A DNA stretch of 40,545 bases from a virus (lineage: Duplodnaviria > Caudoviricetes), in IMG/VR virus record IMGVR_UViG_3300017649_000008, positions 1-40,545 of that record; one strand, 5' to 3'. The translations under genes and the position numbers were made by a program. Shown piece by piece: positions 18,194 through 26,456 of this stretch. The notes beneath the pieces are model-generated. The model searched no databases, was not told the DNA's origin, and was given only the letters and a program-made list of their open reading frames with translations. Within the stretch, counting starts at the first letter, position 1, and every line of letters begins with the position of its first letter.

Positions 18194-19783
18194 ATGCCGA
18201 TCCCCGCACAGAACACGCCGTGGCCGCCGAAGCCGTGGGATGTCGCGTACCAGGCGTACGCGGAGAACGAAGCCTGGTGGACGGGTGACACGAAGGCGCT
18301 CGAGCAGTTGTACGGTCGTGACCGGGCGGCGGCGACGCACACCCGCCGGGGTGAGCCGATGCGCGGCGGGCTGGTGGGCGCGGCGGCGCGGATGTTCTGG
18401 GGGCGCCCGGTCCCGGCCGGTGAGAACCGTGCCCGCATCCACGTGCCGGCCCCTGCGGATCTGGCGACGCTCGCGTCGGACCTGGTGTTCGCGGAGCCTC
18501 CGGAGGTGCAGCTTCCGAAGAAGCAGGCCGGCGGGACCGCGGACGCGTCGTCGAAGGCGCAGAACCGGCTCGACCTGATCGCGAACGGTGATGAAGCGCA
18601 CGCGATGTTCTCCCAGATGGGTGAGCTGAAGTCCGTGTTCGGCGCGACGGCGCTCGTCGTCCGCTGGGACACCGAGGTCGCCGATCATGTGTGGCTGGAA
18701 CCGTCCGCCGCGGACGTCATCATCCCCGTGTTCCGCTCCGGCCGGATGGTCGAGGTGACGCTGTGGTCGCAGTACGTGGACGGGTCGAAGTACCACCGGC
18801 ACCTCGAGCACCACACGGTCGGCGCGATCGAGCACGCCCTGTTCGAGGGCACGGAGACGAACCTGGGCCGTCGTGTGCCGCTGCAGGAACGCCCCGAGAC
18901 GGCGCTGTACGCGGACCTCGTGAACGACGCGTCGATCATCCCGACCGGCATCGACCGGCTCACCGCGGTGTACAACGCGAACATGCCGACCGCGGCATGG
19001 CGGAAGAAGGGCGTCCTCGCGTACACGGGCCGTTCCGACTTTGCGCAGCTGCACCCGCTGTTCGACTGGCTCGACGAGGCGTTCTCGTCGTGGGTGCGTG
19101 ACCTGCGTCTCGGCGCGGGCCGGATCCTCGTCCCTGATGCGGCGCTCGACGTCGGCCAGATCGGGCAGGGCGCGTCGTTCGACATGGGCCGTGAGGTGTT
19201 CGCGGGGCTGAACATGCCCGGCGACCCGTCGAAGATGATGATCGACAAGGTCCAGTTCGACATCCGTGTCGAGGAGCACGAGCGCACCGCGTTCGCGATC
19301 TACCGGGAGATTCTCCGGAAGGCGGGGATCAGCCAGTCCGCGTGGGGCGACTACTCGGGCGACGGGCAGGGCTCGGCGATGACCGCGACGGAGATCGACG
19401 ACCGTGAGAAGGCGTCCGAGCGCACCCGGGACAAGAAGATCCTGAACGAGCGGGTCGCGATCGCCCGGGCCGCGTCGGTCGCGCTCGAGATCGACGGGCT
19501 CGTCTTCCCCGGCAAGGGCGGCGGACGGTACGACGCCCCGACGGTGGTGTTCCCGGACGTGTCGCAGGAGGACCCGGAGCGGCTCGCCCGGACCCTGTCG
19601 CTGCTGGACGCGGCTGGTGCGATCTCCACGGAGCAGAAGGTGCGCCGCGCGAACCCGGACTGGGACGACGACCAGGTCGGCGACGAGGTCACCCGGATCC
19701 GCGCCGAGCGAACCGTGCCCGACCCGTACACCTTCACCGGCGACGACCCCGACGAGGATTCCCGCGAGATCGTGGAGTCGTAG
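18194..19783 (+). CDS. Portal protein (SPP1/A118-like)
   Basis: 529 aa after TerL; GRSDF, DIRVEEH and TATEI motifs. Confidence 0.88.
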   Translation: MPIPAQNTPWPPKPWDVAYQAYAENEAWWTGDTKALEQLYGRDRAAATHTRRGEPMRGGLVGAAARMFWGRPVPAGENRARIHVPAPADLATLASDLVFAEPPEVQLPKKQAGGTADASSKAQNRLDLIANGDEAHAMFSQMGELKSVFGATALVVRWDTEVADHVWLEPSAADVIIPVFRSGRMVEVTLWSQYVDGSKYHRHLEHHTVGAIEHALFEGTETNLGRRVPLQERPETALYADLVNDASIIPTGIDRLTAVYNANMPTAAWRKKGVLAYTGRSDFAQLHPLFDWLDEAFSSWVRDLRLGAGRILVPDAALDVGQIGQGASFDMGREVFAGLNMPGDPSKMMIDKVQFDIRVEEHERTAFAIYREILRKAGISQSAWGDYSGDGQGSAMTATEIDDREKASERTRDKKILNERVAIARAASVALEIDGLVFPGKGGGRYDAPTVVFPDVSQEDPERLARTLSLLDAAGAISTEQKVRRANPDWDDDQVGDEVTRIRAERTVPDPYTFTGDDPDEDSREIVES

Positions 19784-19785
19784 CC

Positions 19786-19905
19786 GTGTGGCTGCTGTGG
19801 TCCCTGATTGGAGCAGTGGCCGGCGGGATCGTGCTCGCCTGGGCCGTGCTCGCGGGGTGGGGGCTGTGGATGTACTGGCGCAAGCTCCGCGGGGACTTCG
19901 AATGA
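19786..19905 (+). CDS. Tiny single-TM peptide (39 aa)
   Basis: MWLLWSLIGAVAGGIVLAWAVLAGWGLWMYWRKLRGDFE; GGAG RBS; ATGA overlap with the next ORF. Confidence 0.5.
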   Translation: MWLLWSLIGAVAGGIVLAWAVLAGWGLWMYWRKLRGDFE

Positions 19906-20009
19906 ACCCGCCTCCCTGGATGATGCGGCAGAAGCGCCGCGAACTCGCCCGCGGTGTGGTCACGGGGCTCCTCGTCGTCGCCGTGCTGCTCTGGGGCATC
20001 TACAGCTGA
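19902..20009 (+). CDS. Tiny single-TM peptide (35 aa)
   Basis: MNPPPWMMRQKRRELARGVVTGLLVVAVLLWGIYS. Confidence 0.45.
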   Translation: MNPPPWMMRQKRRELARGVVTGLLVVAVLLWGIYS

Positions 20010-20018
20010 GGGGGCATC

Positions 20019-22094
20019 GTGGCGCTGTTCGTCCCGAACCCCGAAGCCGAGTCCGTCGAGGAGATCATCGAGCAGCTGTCCCTCGAGCTTGCCCGCGCGT
20101 ACCGGGAAGCTGAGGACGAACTGATCCGGGAGATCGCGATCCGCGCCGCCCGTGACATGGACCTCGCCGCCGGTCTCCCCGTTCCCACGTTCGGGCTCAC
20201 CCCGGAGAACCGGCGCCGGCAGAACCGGATCCTCGCGGAGCTCGCCGCGCACCGCGCGCAGGCGGTCCGTGAGCTGCAGGACATCGCCGTCGCGATCGTG
20301 GAACGGCTGCGCGTGTCGGACATGGCCCGCCGCATCATCGAGATCGCCGCGACCGAGGGGGAAGCCGCCGCCGCGGCGCAGCTCGGCCTCGCCGGACGCG
20401 AGCCGGGCACGGTGGTGCCGATCACGTTCCTCGGTACCCGCACCGGGATCTCTGCCGTGTCAATGTCGGGGTCGGCGTCGCAGGCGGTCGCGATGGTCGC
20501 GCTGTCGTTGCAGTCGCGCCTCGAGGTGCTGAATCAACGGATCACCCGGTACCCGCAGGACGCGTACCAGCGGATCGTCGCTTTGTATTCGCCGAACACG
20601 CTCCTCGGGATCACGACGTCGCGGGTGCAGCAGGCGCAGTCGGTGCAGCGGTTCCTCGCGGAGGGCATCACCGGGTTCGTCGACAAGTCGGACCGGCGGT
20701 GGACGATCGGTGCCTATGCGGAGATGGCCGGCCGTACGAGTGTGAATCGGGCGTACAACGACGCCGCGGTGTGGCGGATGCAGCAGTCCGGGATCGGGCT
20801 GGTCACCGTCGTCCGCGGTCTGGATTCGTGCCGGAAGTGCGCGGAGTGGGCGGGGAAGATCCTCTCCACCGACGGCACCCCGCCGGGCCCTGTGACGCTC
20901 CCCCACGCGACGAAGTCCGGCACGGTGACGGTCAACGTCGCCGCGACGGTCGACGGGGCCCGGAACGCGGGCTGGGGGCACCCGAACTGCTTCCCGGGCT
21001 GGGTGCCTGTCTCAGCGCCGACTGGCGTGACCGCGGCGGACTCGCGATGGTTTGAGGGCGAGCTCGTCGTCATCCACACCGCCGGCGGTCGAGAGCTCTC
21101 CGTCACCCCAAATCATCCGGTACTGACGGACGAAGGATGGGTCGCGGCGGGTGCGCTCGTGGAAGGCGACAACCTCGTCAGCTACAGCGGGGATGTCGAG
21201 CGGCCACTTACGAGTGACCCAGACCATGAGGGTGTTGAAGCCAGCATTCGCGAGGTCTACGAGGCGCTGCGGCAGTCGGGCCATGTGTCGGCCGTCGCGG
21301 TGCCAGGTGCCGCCGAAGACTTCCACGGCGACGGTTCCGCCGACGCCGAGGTCGAGGTTGTACTTGCCGACCGCCTGCTGCGGAGTGACGGCGAGCCCAC
21401 GGCCTTGCAGCTCCCGGCCGAGAGCGATCTCCTCCTCGGTCGCGTGCGAGAGCGCGAGTTGCTTGCCGTAGGCGCGGCGCTCGAGGTCTTCCATCGTGCG
21501 GGTCATCCCACGGACGGCGTCGTGCGCGGCGGCGGCGAGGCGGGCGCGCTCTTCGGGGCTGGTCTGAGCCATGCGGACACGCATGGACGCGGATTGGTCG
21601 CGGAGGTCGACGCCGGCGGCGCGGAGGCGGCGCGTGATCGTGTCGCGGGCGACACCGTGCTCGCGAGCGAGTTTCAGGACGCTCTCACCGGCCTCGTATC
21701 GACGGATCAGATTGTCAGTGTCGAGCGCAACGCGTTCGCTGGCCATGTCTACAATCTCCAGACTGCTGGGGGTTGGTATACCGCCGATTCTATCATCGTG
21801 CACAACTGCCGGTGCCGTCTCGTCCCCTACCTGCCGGGCTTGACGGTCCCGCAGGGCGACACGACGTACGACGAGGTCGCCGAGCGGGAACGCGCCGAGC
21901 AGCGGCGCTTGGAGCGGGAGATCCGCGCGGCGAAGCGTCGCGAGGCGACCGCGATGAACGACGCGGACCGTGCACGTGCCGCGCGGGAGGTTCGCGAGGC
22001 GCAGGCCGAGATGCGTGGGTTCATCGAGCAGACCGGCCGACACCGGCAGTCGTACCGCGAGCAACTTCACTTCGCCGATGGCCGGCGGTCCTGA
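20019..22094 (+). CDS. Minor capsid / head morphogenesis protein (SPP1 gp7/MuF-like) containing an intein
   Basis: After the portal; GFVDKSDRRWTIGAYAEM, CRKCAEWAGKILS, HPN|CRC split by the intein, QRRLEREIRAAKRR. Confidence 0.88.
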   Translation: MALFVPNPEAESVEEIIEQLSLELARAYREAEDELIREIAIRAARDMDLAAGLPVPTFGLTPENRRRQNRILAELAAHRAQAVRELQDIAVAIVERLRVSDMARRIIEIAATEGEAAAAAQLGLAGREPGTVVPITFLGTRTGISAVSMSGSASQAVAMVALSLQSRLEVLNQRITRYPQDAYQRIVALYSPNTLLGITTSRVQQAQSVQRFLAEGITGFVDKSDRRWTIGAYAEMAGRTSVNRAYNDAAVWRMQQSGIGLVTVVRGLDSCRKCAEWAGKILSTDGTPPGPVTLPHATKSGTVTVNVAATVDGARNAGWGHPNCFPGWVPVSAPTGVTAADSRWFEGELVVIHTAGGRELSVTPNHPVLTDEGWVAAGALVEGDNLVSYSGDVERPLTSDPDHEGVEASIREVYEALRQSGHVSAVAVPGAAEDFHGDGSADAEVEVVLADRLLRSDGEPTALQLPAESDLLLGRVRERELLAVGAALEVFHRAGHPTDGVVRGGGEAGALFGAGLSHADTHGRGLVAEVDAGGAEAARDRVAGDTVLASEFQDALTGLVSTDQIVSVERNAFAGHVYNLQTAGGWYTADSIIVHNCRCRLVPYLPGLTVPQGDTTYDEVAERERAEQRRLEREIRAAKRREATAMNDADRARAAREVREAQAEMRGFIEQTGRHRQSYREQLHFADGRRS
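21012..21746 (-). CDS. Antisense intein-nested HTH + Vsr/DUF559-like (EDxHD-type) endonuclease, 244 aa
   Basis: LIRRYEAGESVLKLAREHGVARDTITRRLRAAGV HTH; TEEE...QQAVGKYNLDL..VAVEVFGGTWH...LANAGFNTLMVW nuclease pattern; GGAG RBS. Confidence 0.8.
   Translation of the reverse strand: MASERVALDTDNLIRRYEAGESVLKLAREHGVARDTITRRLRAAGVDLRDQSASMRVRMAQTSPEERARLAAAAHDAVRGMTRTMEDLERRAYGKQLALSHATEEEIALGRELQGRGLAVTPQQAVGKYNLDLGVGGTVAVEVFGGTWHRDGRHMARLPQRLVDLANAGFNTLMVWVTRKWPLDIPAVADEVVAFHERTRRDPSFVRQYRMIWGDGELSTAGGVDDDELALKPSRVRRGHASRR
21756..21795 (-). promoter_or_regulatory. Antisense extended -10 promoter (TG-A-TAGAAT, 21795-21787) and RBS (TGGAG, 21760-21756)
   Basis: Embedded in the intein block F/G codons, upstream of ATG 21746. 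Confidence 0.6.
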
Positions 22095-22099
22095 TCTTC

Positions 22100-22452
22100 A
22101 CCATCCTCGGGTGTCAACGCGGCTCTTGCGCTTGATTCTCCCCGCGAAGGCTGCCCATGACGCGCGTTTCCTTTCCGCGCGAGGCAGACCTGCACCCGAT
22201 GAGCGCGCGGCGGCCCTGACCACAGGTCTGCAGTCGCCGCGCGCTCACCACACGCATCCCCTTGCCGGGGATGCGGTTCCTCGAAGAGCCGGACGACAGC
22301 GCCGGAGCGCCCCGGTAGGCGGGCATAGAGGCGGTCTGACCCTCCGTCAAACGGGTCCCCACAGTCCCCGCGTCGTCGCTGGCCCTGCACGGCGGCGACG
22401 CGGCCCCACGTCCACCCGCAGGGGGTGGCGCTGATGAGCAGGAGGCTCATAA
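22100..22452 (+). ncRNA. Candidate structured RNA / 5' leader of the scaffold-capsid genes
   Basis: About 350 nt with no credible ORF and many complementary segments, including crossing (pseudoknot-like) pairs. Confidence 0.35.
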
Positions 22453-22454
22453 CC

Positions 22455-23120
22455 ATGTCCCGCCAGACCAGCACTCTGGGCGCGCAGTTCGCGCCCGCGT
22501 TCCACCGCCCGTTCCTCCGGTACTTCAACGAGGACCACGGCGCCGCCGGCGCACCGCCCGCGGCTCCCCCGGCACCTCCGGCTCCCGCCGCTGAGACGCC
22601 GCCCCCGGCAGACCCGGCACCGCAGACGCCGCCCCCGGCTCCCGCACCGCAGCCCCCGGCCAGTCCCCCGGTCCCGACCCCTCCGCCCGCGAAGCCGGTC
22701 CAGTACCGCGGCGACCCGGACGAGTACGTCCGCGAGCTCCGCGAGGAGGCGAAGAACCACCGCATCAGCTACGAGAACGAGCAGACCGCGCACCAGGAGA
22801 CGCAGACGAAGCTCTCGACCGCCGAGACCCGCCTCACAGCCCTCGAACGCGAGAACTACATCCTCCGCAACGCCGGCAAGTTCGGCGCGAACCCGGACGC
22901 GCTGCTCGACTCCAAGTCCTTCCTCGACACCATCACGAACCTCGACCTCACGAATGAGGACGAGGTGAAGAAGGCGATCGAGACCGCGCTCGAGAAGAAC
23001 TCGGCGCTCCGCGCAACCCCGCAGATCCCCGGCATGAGTGGCGGGGGGCACCAGGGCAGCGGAAACACACCCAAGCAGATCACTCTCGACGGCGCCGTAT
23101 CCGCGGCGCTCGGCGGGTAA
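22455..23120 (+). CDS. Capsid scaffolding protein
   Basis: Pro/Ala-rich linker, YVRELREEAKNHR coiled coil, ALLDSKSF; precedes the major capsid gene. Confidence 0.8.
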   Translation: MSRQTSTLGAQFAPAFHRPFLRYFNEDHGAAGAPPAAPPAPPAPAAETPPPADPAPQTPPPAPAPQPPASPPVPTPPPAKPVQYRGDPDEYVRELREEAKNHRISYENEQTAHQETQTKLSTAETRLTALERENYILRNAGKFGANPDALLDSKSFLDTITNLDLTNEDEVKKAIETALEKNSALRATPQIPGMSGGGHQGSGNTPKQITLDGAVSAALGG

Positions 23121-23141
23121 CCCCCACCAGAAGGAGCCGAA

Positions 23142-24359
23142 ATGGCTGTCTCCCTCTCCGAATCCAAGAACAACGCCCAGACCGACCTCGACGTCGCCGT
23201 CATCGACGAGTTCCGCAAGACCGGTGTCATCCCGGACTCGCTGGTCTTCGACGACGCGGTGAACCCGTCCGGCGGCGGCGCGACCCTCACGTACGGGTAC
23301 CGTCGCCTCGTCACGCAGGCGACCGCCGACACCCGCGCGTACAACAACGAGTACACGCCGCAGAACGTCACCACCGAGAAGGTGACCGTCGACCTGGCGG
23401 TCATGGGTGGCGCGTTCGAGGTCGACCGTGTCCTCGCGAAGGTCGGCCCGGCCGCGTCGAGCAACGTGTCGCTGAACATCCAGCAGAAGGTGAAGGCGAC
23501 GAACGCGAAGTTCGCGGACGTCGTGATCAACGGCGACACCGACCTCGACGAGAACGGCTTCGACGGCCTGAACAAGGCCCTCTACGGGTCGGACACCGAG
23601 TTCAAGACCACCGCCGTGACCGACTGGTCGGGTTTCGACTCCGGCACCCGCGCGGAGCACGTCGCGCTCGACGCGATCGACGAGTTCCTCTCGCTGCTCG
23701 ACGGCGCCCCCACGGTCATCGTCGGCAACGCGAAGACCCTCGCCCGTGTCCGCGCCGCGGCCCGCCGCGCCGGCATGTACACCCGGAACCCGATCGACGG
23801 TCTCGTCGGCGCCGACGGTCGCCCGATCGAGCGTGAGTCGTACGGGAACATCGTGTTCGGCGACGCCGGCGCGAAGGCCGGGTCGAACGACCCGATCATC
23901 CCGATCACCGCGCGCGGCACGGTCTGGACGATCACGGCGCCCGAGTCCGGCAACTACAAGGTCACCGTTGACGGCCACACGACCGCGGACATCGCGTACG
24001 GCGCGAACGACGCCGCGATCAAGGCCGCGATCGAGCTGCTGCCGAACGTCGGCACCGTCACGGTGTCGTCGAAGAAGGTCACCTTCTCGCGCCTGGTCAA
24101 CGTGGCTGTGTCGGCCGGATCGGTCGCGGTCGACGGAGGCACCTCGGGCACCGGCCTGACCGACCTGTACGCGTACCGTGTCGGCCTCGACGGCTTCCAC
24201 GGTGTCTCGACGGTCGGCGGCAACCTCGTGCAGACCTGGCTGCCCGACTTCACCACCGCCGGTGCTGTGAAGAAGGGTGAGGTCGAGCTCGGCCCGGTCG
24301 CCGTCGCTCTCAAGGCGACGAAGGCCGCCGCGGTCTTCCGCAACATCAAGGTCCAGTGA
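23142..24359 (+). CDS. Major capsid protein
   Basis: AAGGAG RBS; strong codon bias; INGD....GFDGL and GEVE.GPVAVALKATKAAAVFRNIKV; position. Confidence 0.85.
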   Translation: MAVSLSESKNNAQTDLDVAVIDEFRKTGVIPDSLVFDDAVNPSGGGATLTYGYRRLVTQATADTRAYNNEYTPQNVTTEKVTVDLAVMGGAFEVDRVLAKVGPAASSNVSLNIQQKVKATNAKFADVVINGDTDLDENGFDGLNKALYGSDTEFKTTAVTDWSGFDSGTRAEHVALDAIDEFLSLLDGAPTVIVGNAKTLARVRAAARRAGMYTRNPIDGLVGADGRPIERESYGNIVFGDAGAKAGSNDPIIPITARGTVWTITAPESGNYKVTVDGHTTADIAYGANDAAIKAAIELLPNVGTVTVSSKKVTFSRLVNVAVSAGSVAVDGGTSGTGLTDLYAYRVGLDGFHGVSTVGGNLVQTWLPDFTTAGAVKKGEVELGPVAVALKATKAAAVFRNIKVQ

Positions 24360-24367
24360 CCCACTGA

Positions 24368-24404
24368 TCCCGGCGCGGCGTGACGTGCTCCGCCGCGCCG
24401 GGGT
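24368..24404 (+). terminator. Hairpin after the major capsid gene
   Basis: CCCGGCGCGGCG...CGCCGCGCCGGG. Confidence 0.6.
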
Positions 24405-24424
24405 CACCATCCGAGGAGGATCCT

Positions 24425-24826
24425 GTGCTGATCAAGCACCCCCGGCCAGACCTGGGCCGGCAGAAGGCGTTCGGTGTCGAGTTCATCGACGGTGTCGCGC
24501 GTGTGGATGAGCTGCACCCCGAGCGGGAGCTCGCGCTCCGTCAGCACGGGTTCACCATCGAAGACGAGTGGGTTCCGTGCGGTCGCGGCCCGTGCGCCGC
24601 TAACGACGGACACGCTGGCACCTGTGCGGAGGCTTCCGGCTGGGCCGATGACGACGTGACCGAGTTCGTCGACCTCGAGACGATGAGCAAGCAGGAGCTG
24701 ATCGACTACGCCGACCGTGTCGGTGTGGAGCTCCCGAAGCGCGCGAACCGTGAGCAGATCATCTGGATCCTCTCGTCCGACCCGGCAGACCCGGTCGACA
24801 ACCCTAACGCGATCCAGGAGGGGTGA
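24425..24826 (+). CDS. Hypothetical virion-associated protein with a Rho-N/HeH-like C-terminal motif
   Basis: GAGGAGG RBS; LETMSKQELIDYADRVGVELPKRANREQII. Confidence 0.6.
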   Translation: MLIKHPRPDLGRQKAFGVEFIDGVARVDELHPERELALRQHGFTIEDEWVPCGRGPCAANDGHAGTCAEASGWADDDVTEFVDLETMSKQELIDYADRVGVELPKRANREQIIWILSSDPADPVDNPNAIQEG

Positions 24827-25230
24827 TGGCGCAGCGCGTGTACGCGACCTCGTCCGACTACGTCACCTACACCGGCGACGAGCCGCCCGCGAAGATCGAC
24901 GCCCTGCTGCGGCGCGCATCCGCGCAGGTCGAGTCGCACATTCGCCTCGCTGTGTACGACGTCGACGACGAGGGCTACCCCACTGACGTGGACGTTGCGG
25001 ACGCGCTCCGTGACGCGACCTGCGCGTACGCCGCGTACTGGAACGACACCGGTGACATCACCGGCGCCGAAGCGGTCGCCGGGCCCGTGAAGATCGGGTC
25101 TGTGCAACTCGGGGGCACCGCCACTGGCGGCGCGTCGTCCCGGAACGTCGCCGACACCCGCCGCTCCGACGAGGCGATCACGATCCTCCGCAACGCGGGC
25201 CTGATCACGTCCGCGACCGCGCACAACTAG
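24823..25230 (+). CDS. Head-to-tail adaptor
   Basis: YAT..DY, LLRRASAQV, ALRDATCA and ILRNAGL; position. Confidence 0.7.
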   Translation: MMAQRVYATSSDYVTYTGDEPPAKIDALLRRASAQVESHIRLAVYDVDDEGYPTDVDVADALRDATCAYAAYWNDTGDITGAEAVAGPVKIGSVQLGGTATGGASSRNVADTRRSDEAITILRNAGLITSATAHN

Positions 25231-25239
25231 GAGGACACC

Positions 25240-25584
25240 GTGGCCCGCCTCCGCCCCAAGCACCTGCCCCACCGCGTCACCATCACCCCGCTCGCGACGG
25301 AGACCGCCGAGGGCGTCACAGTAGGCGACCCGGTGGAGAACGTGCCGGCGTACGTCGAGCAGAAGTCCCGGCTGCGGGTGGACCGCCGCGCCACGTCGGA
25401 GACGGTCGGGCAGGAGATCACCTCGACGACGATGGTCATCGTCCTCCCCGAACACGACGTACCGCCCCGCACGAAGGTGACCGTCTGGGCCGACACTCCC
25501 CGTGAGCGGACGTCGGAGGTCATCGACTCCGCGCTGTTCGACTACACGGGCACCCCGAACCACGTCGAGCTGTACCTCGAGTAG
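25240..25584 (+). CDS. Head-to-tail stopper
   Basis: Position and size; beta-rich; ends HVELYLE. Confidence 0.55.
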   Translation: MARLRPKHLPHRVTITPLATETAEGVTVGDPVENVPAYVEQKSRLRVDRRATSETVGQEITSTTMVIVLPEHDVPPRTKVTVWADTPRERTSEVIDSALFDYTGTPNHVELYLE

Positions 25585-25593
25585 GAGGCCGTC

Positions 25594-25962
25594 ATGGGAG
25601 TCCGTGTCGACGTGACCATGTCCGGCGCCGGGTTCGCGCGCGCGGGCGCCGAAGCGCTGCAGCGGCTCGCGCAGGGCGAAACGCTCGCGGCCGAGCGTGG
25701 CATGACCCTCGCCGTCGACCGCTCTCCCTGGGATCAGGGGACGCTCGCGGGCGCGCACAGCGTCCAGCCCGCGACAGACCCGGAGGAAGGCGCTGCCATC
25801 CTCGTGGACACCCCGTACGCGGCGCGGCTGCACGAGCACCCCGAGTACAACTTCTCGACGGACTCGAACCCGAACGCGCAGGGGAAGTGGCTGGAGAACG
25901 CGATCGTCGAGAACCGCAAGGAGCTCGGCGACATCATCCGGAGGCAGGTGGCTGGTGGCTGA
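25594..25962 (+). CDS. Neck protein (HK97 gp10/minor capsid-like)
   Basis: SPWDQGTLAG..DTPYAARLHE..GKWLENA. Confidence 0.65.
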   Translation: MGVRVDVTMSGAGFARAGAEALQRLAQGETLAAERGMTLAVDRSPWDQGTLAGAHSVQPATDPEEGAAILVDTPYAARLHEHPEYNFSTDSNPNAQGKWLENAIVENRKELGDIIRRQVAGG

Positions 25963-26383
25963 CGCTCCTGAGCTGATCCTGCGCCGCACTCTTGCTGGCC
26001 TGCTGCACACCTGGGGGCTCGCGGTGTACGCGCCGACCGGGCAGATACCGGAGAACGGCGTGAAGCTCGACCGGCCCCTCCCGACCACGGTGAACGCCGT
26101 CACGCTGCTCACCAGCCCGCCGACGACGTCGGACGGCCGCGCGGACGTCCTGTACCGGGTGCAGTTCTACACGCGCCGCACCGGCGGGCTCATCCCCATC
26201 GAGAACTGGGCCGCCGAGCTGCGCGACCGGCTCGATCAGACCGAGTACACCCCGAACGTCCTCGGCATCTCGTGGGCGTGGGAAACGTCCCGGCTGTACT
26301 TCGACCCCGACACGCAGGGCCGCGCCGCGGTCGCCTGCACCTACGCGTTCAGAGGGCGCCGCCATGTCGGAGGTTCGTCGTAA
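25955..26383 (+). CDS. Tail terminator
   Basis: Position before the major tail gene; VQFYTR and DTQGR. Confidence 0.6.
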   Translation: MADAPELILRRTLAGLLHTWGLAVYAPTGQIPENGVKLDRPLPTTVNAVTLLTSPPTTSDGRADVLYRVQFYTRRTGGLIPIENWAAELRDRLDQTEYTPNVLGISWAWETSRLYFDPDTQGRAAVACTYAFRGRRHVGGSS

Positions 26384-26456
26384 GGTCGTGCGAGAAGACC
26401 CCCGCACCGGGTGCAACCGGCCGGGGGCATGGCAACCACTGGATTGGAGTGGTCAC

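Larger units (their letters stand above)
20988..21806 (+). mobile_element. Intein (273 aa, Cys1...His-Asn, +1 Cys)
   Basis: Block A CFPG, block B SVTPNHPVLT, block F VYNLQT, block G IIVHN/C; removal restores HPNCRC. Confidence 0.92.

Noticed and set aside
16753-19999. Long minus-strand ORFs (639 aa, 624 aa) opposite terL and portal
   Set aside because: Typical high-GC antisense shadow frames with no domain motifs, RBS or promoter, unlike the 21012-21746 ORF
21747-22070. N-terminal 108 aa of the ORF-track call 21012..22070(-)
   Set aside because: Shadow of the C-extein; the RBS and promoter point to ATG 21746 as the true start
22100-22452. Possible tRNA, group I/II intron or known riboswitch
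   Set aside because: No cloverleaf or T-loop and no recognisable catalytic core seen; kept only as an unassigned structured region
22545-22690. Pro/Ala-rich repetitive DNA
   Set aside because: Low-complexity linker of the scaffold protein, not an independent repeat element
22347-26112. Long minus-strand ORFs (687 aa, 468 aa) opposite the capsid and neck genes
   Set aside because: Shadow ORFs spanning several real plus-strand genes, with V/D/G/R-rich nonsense composition
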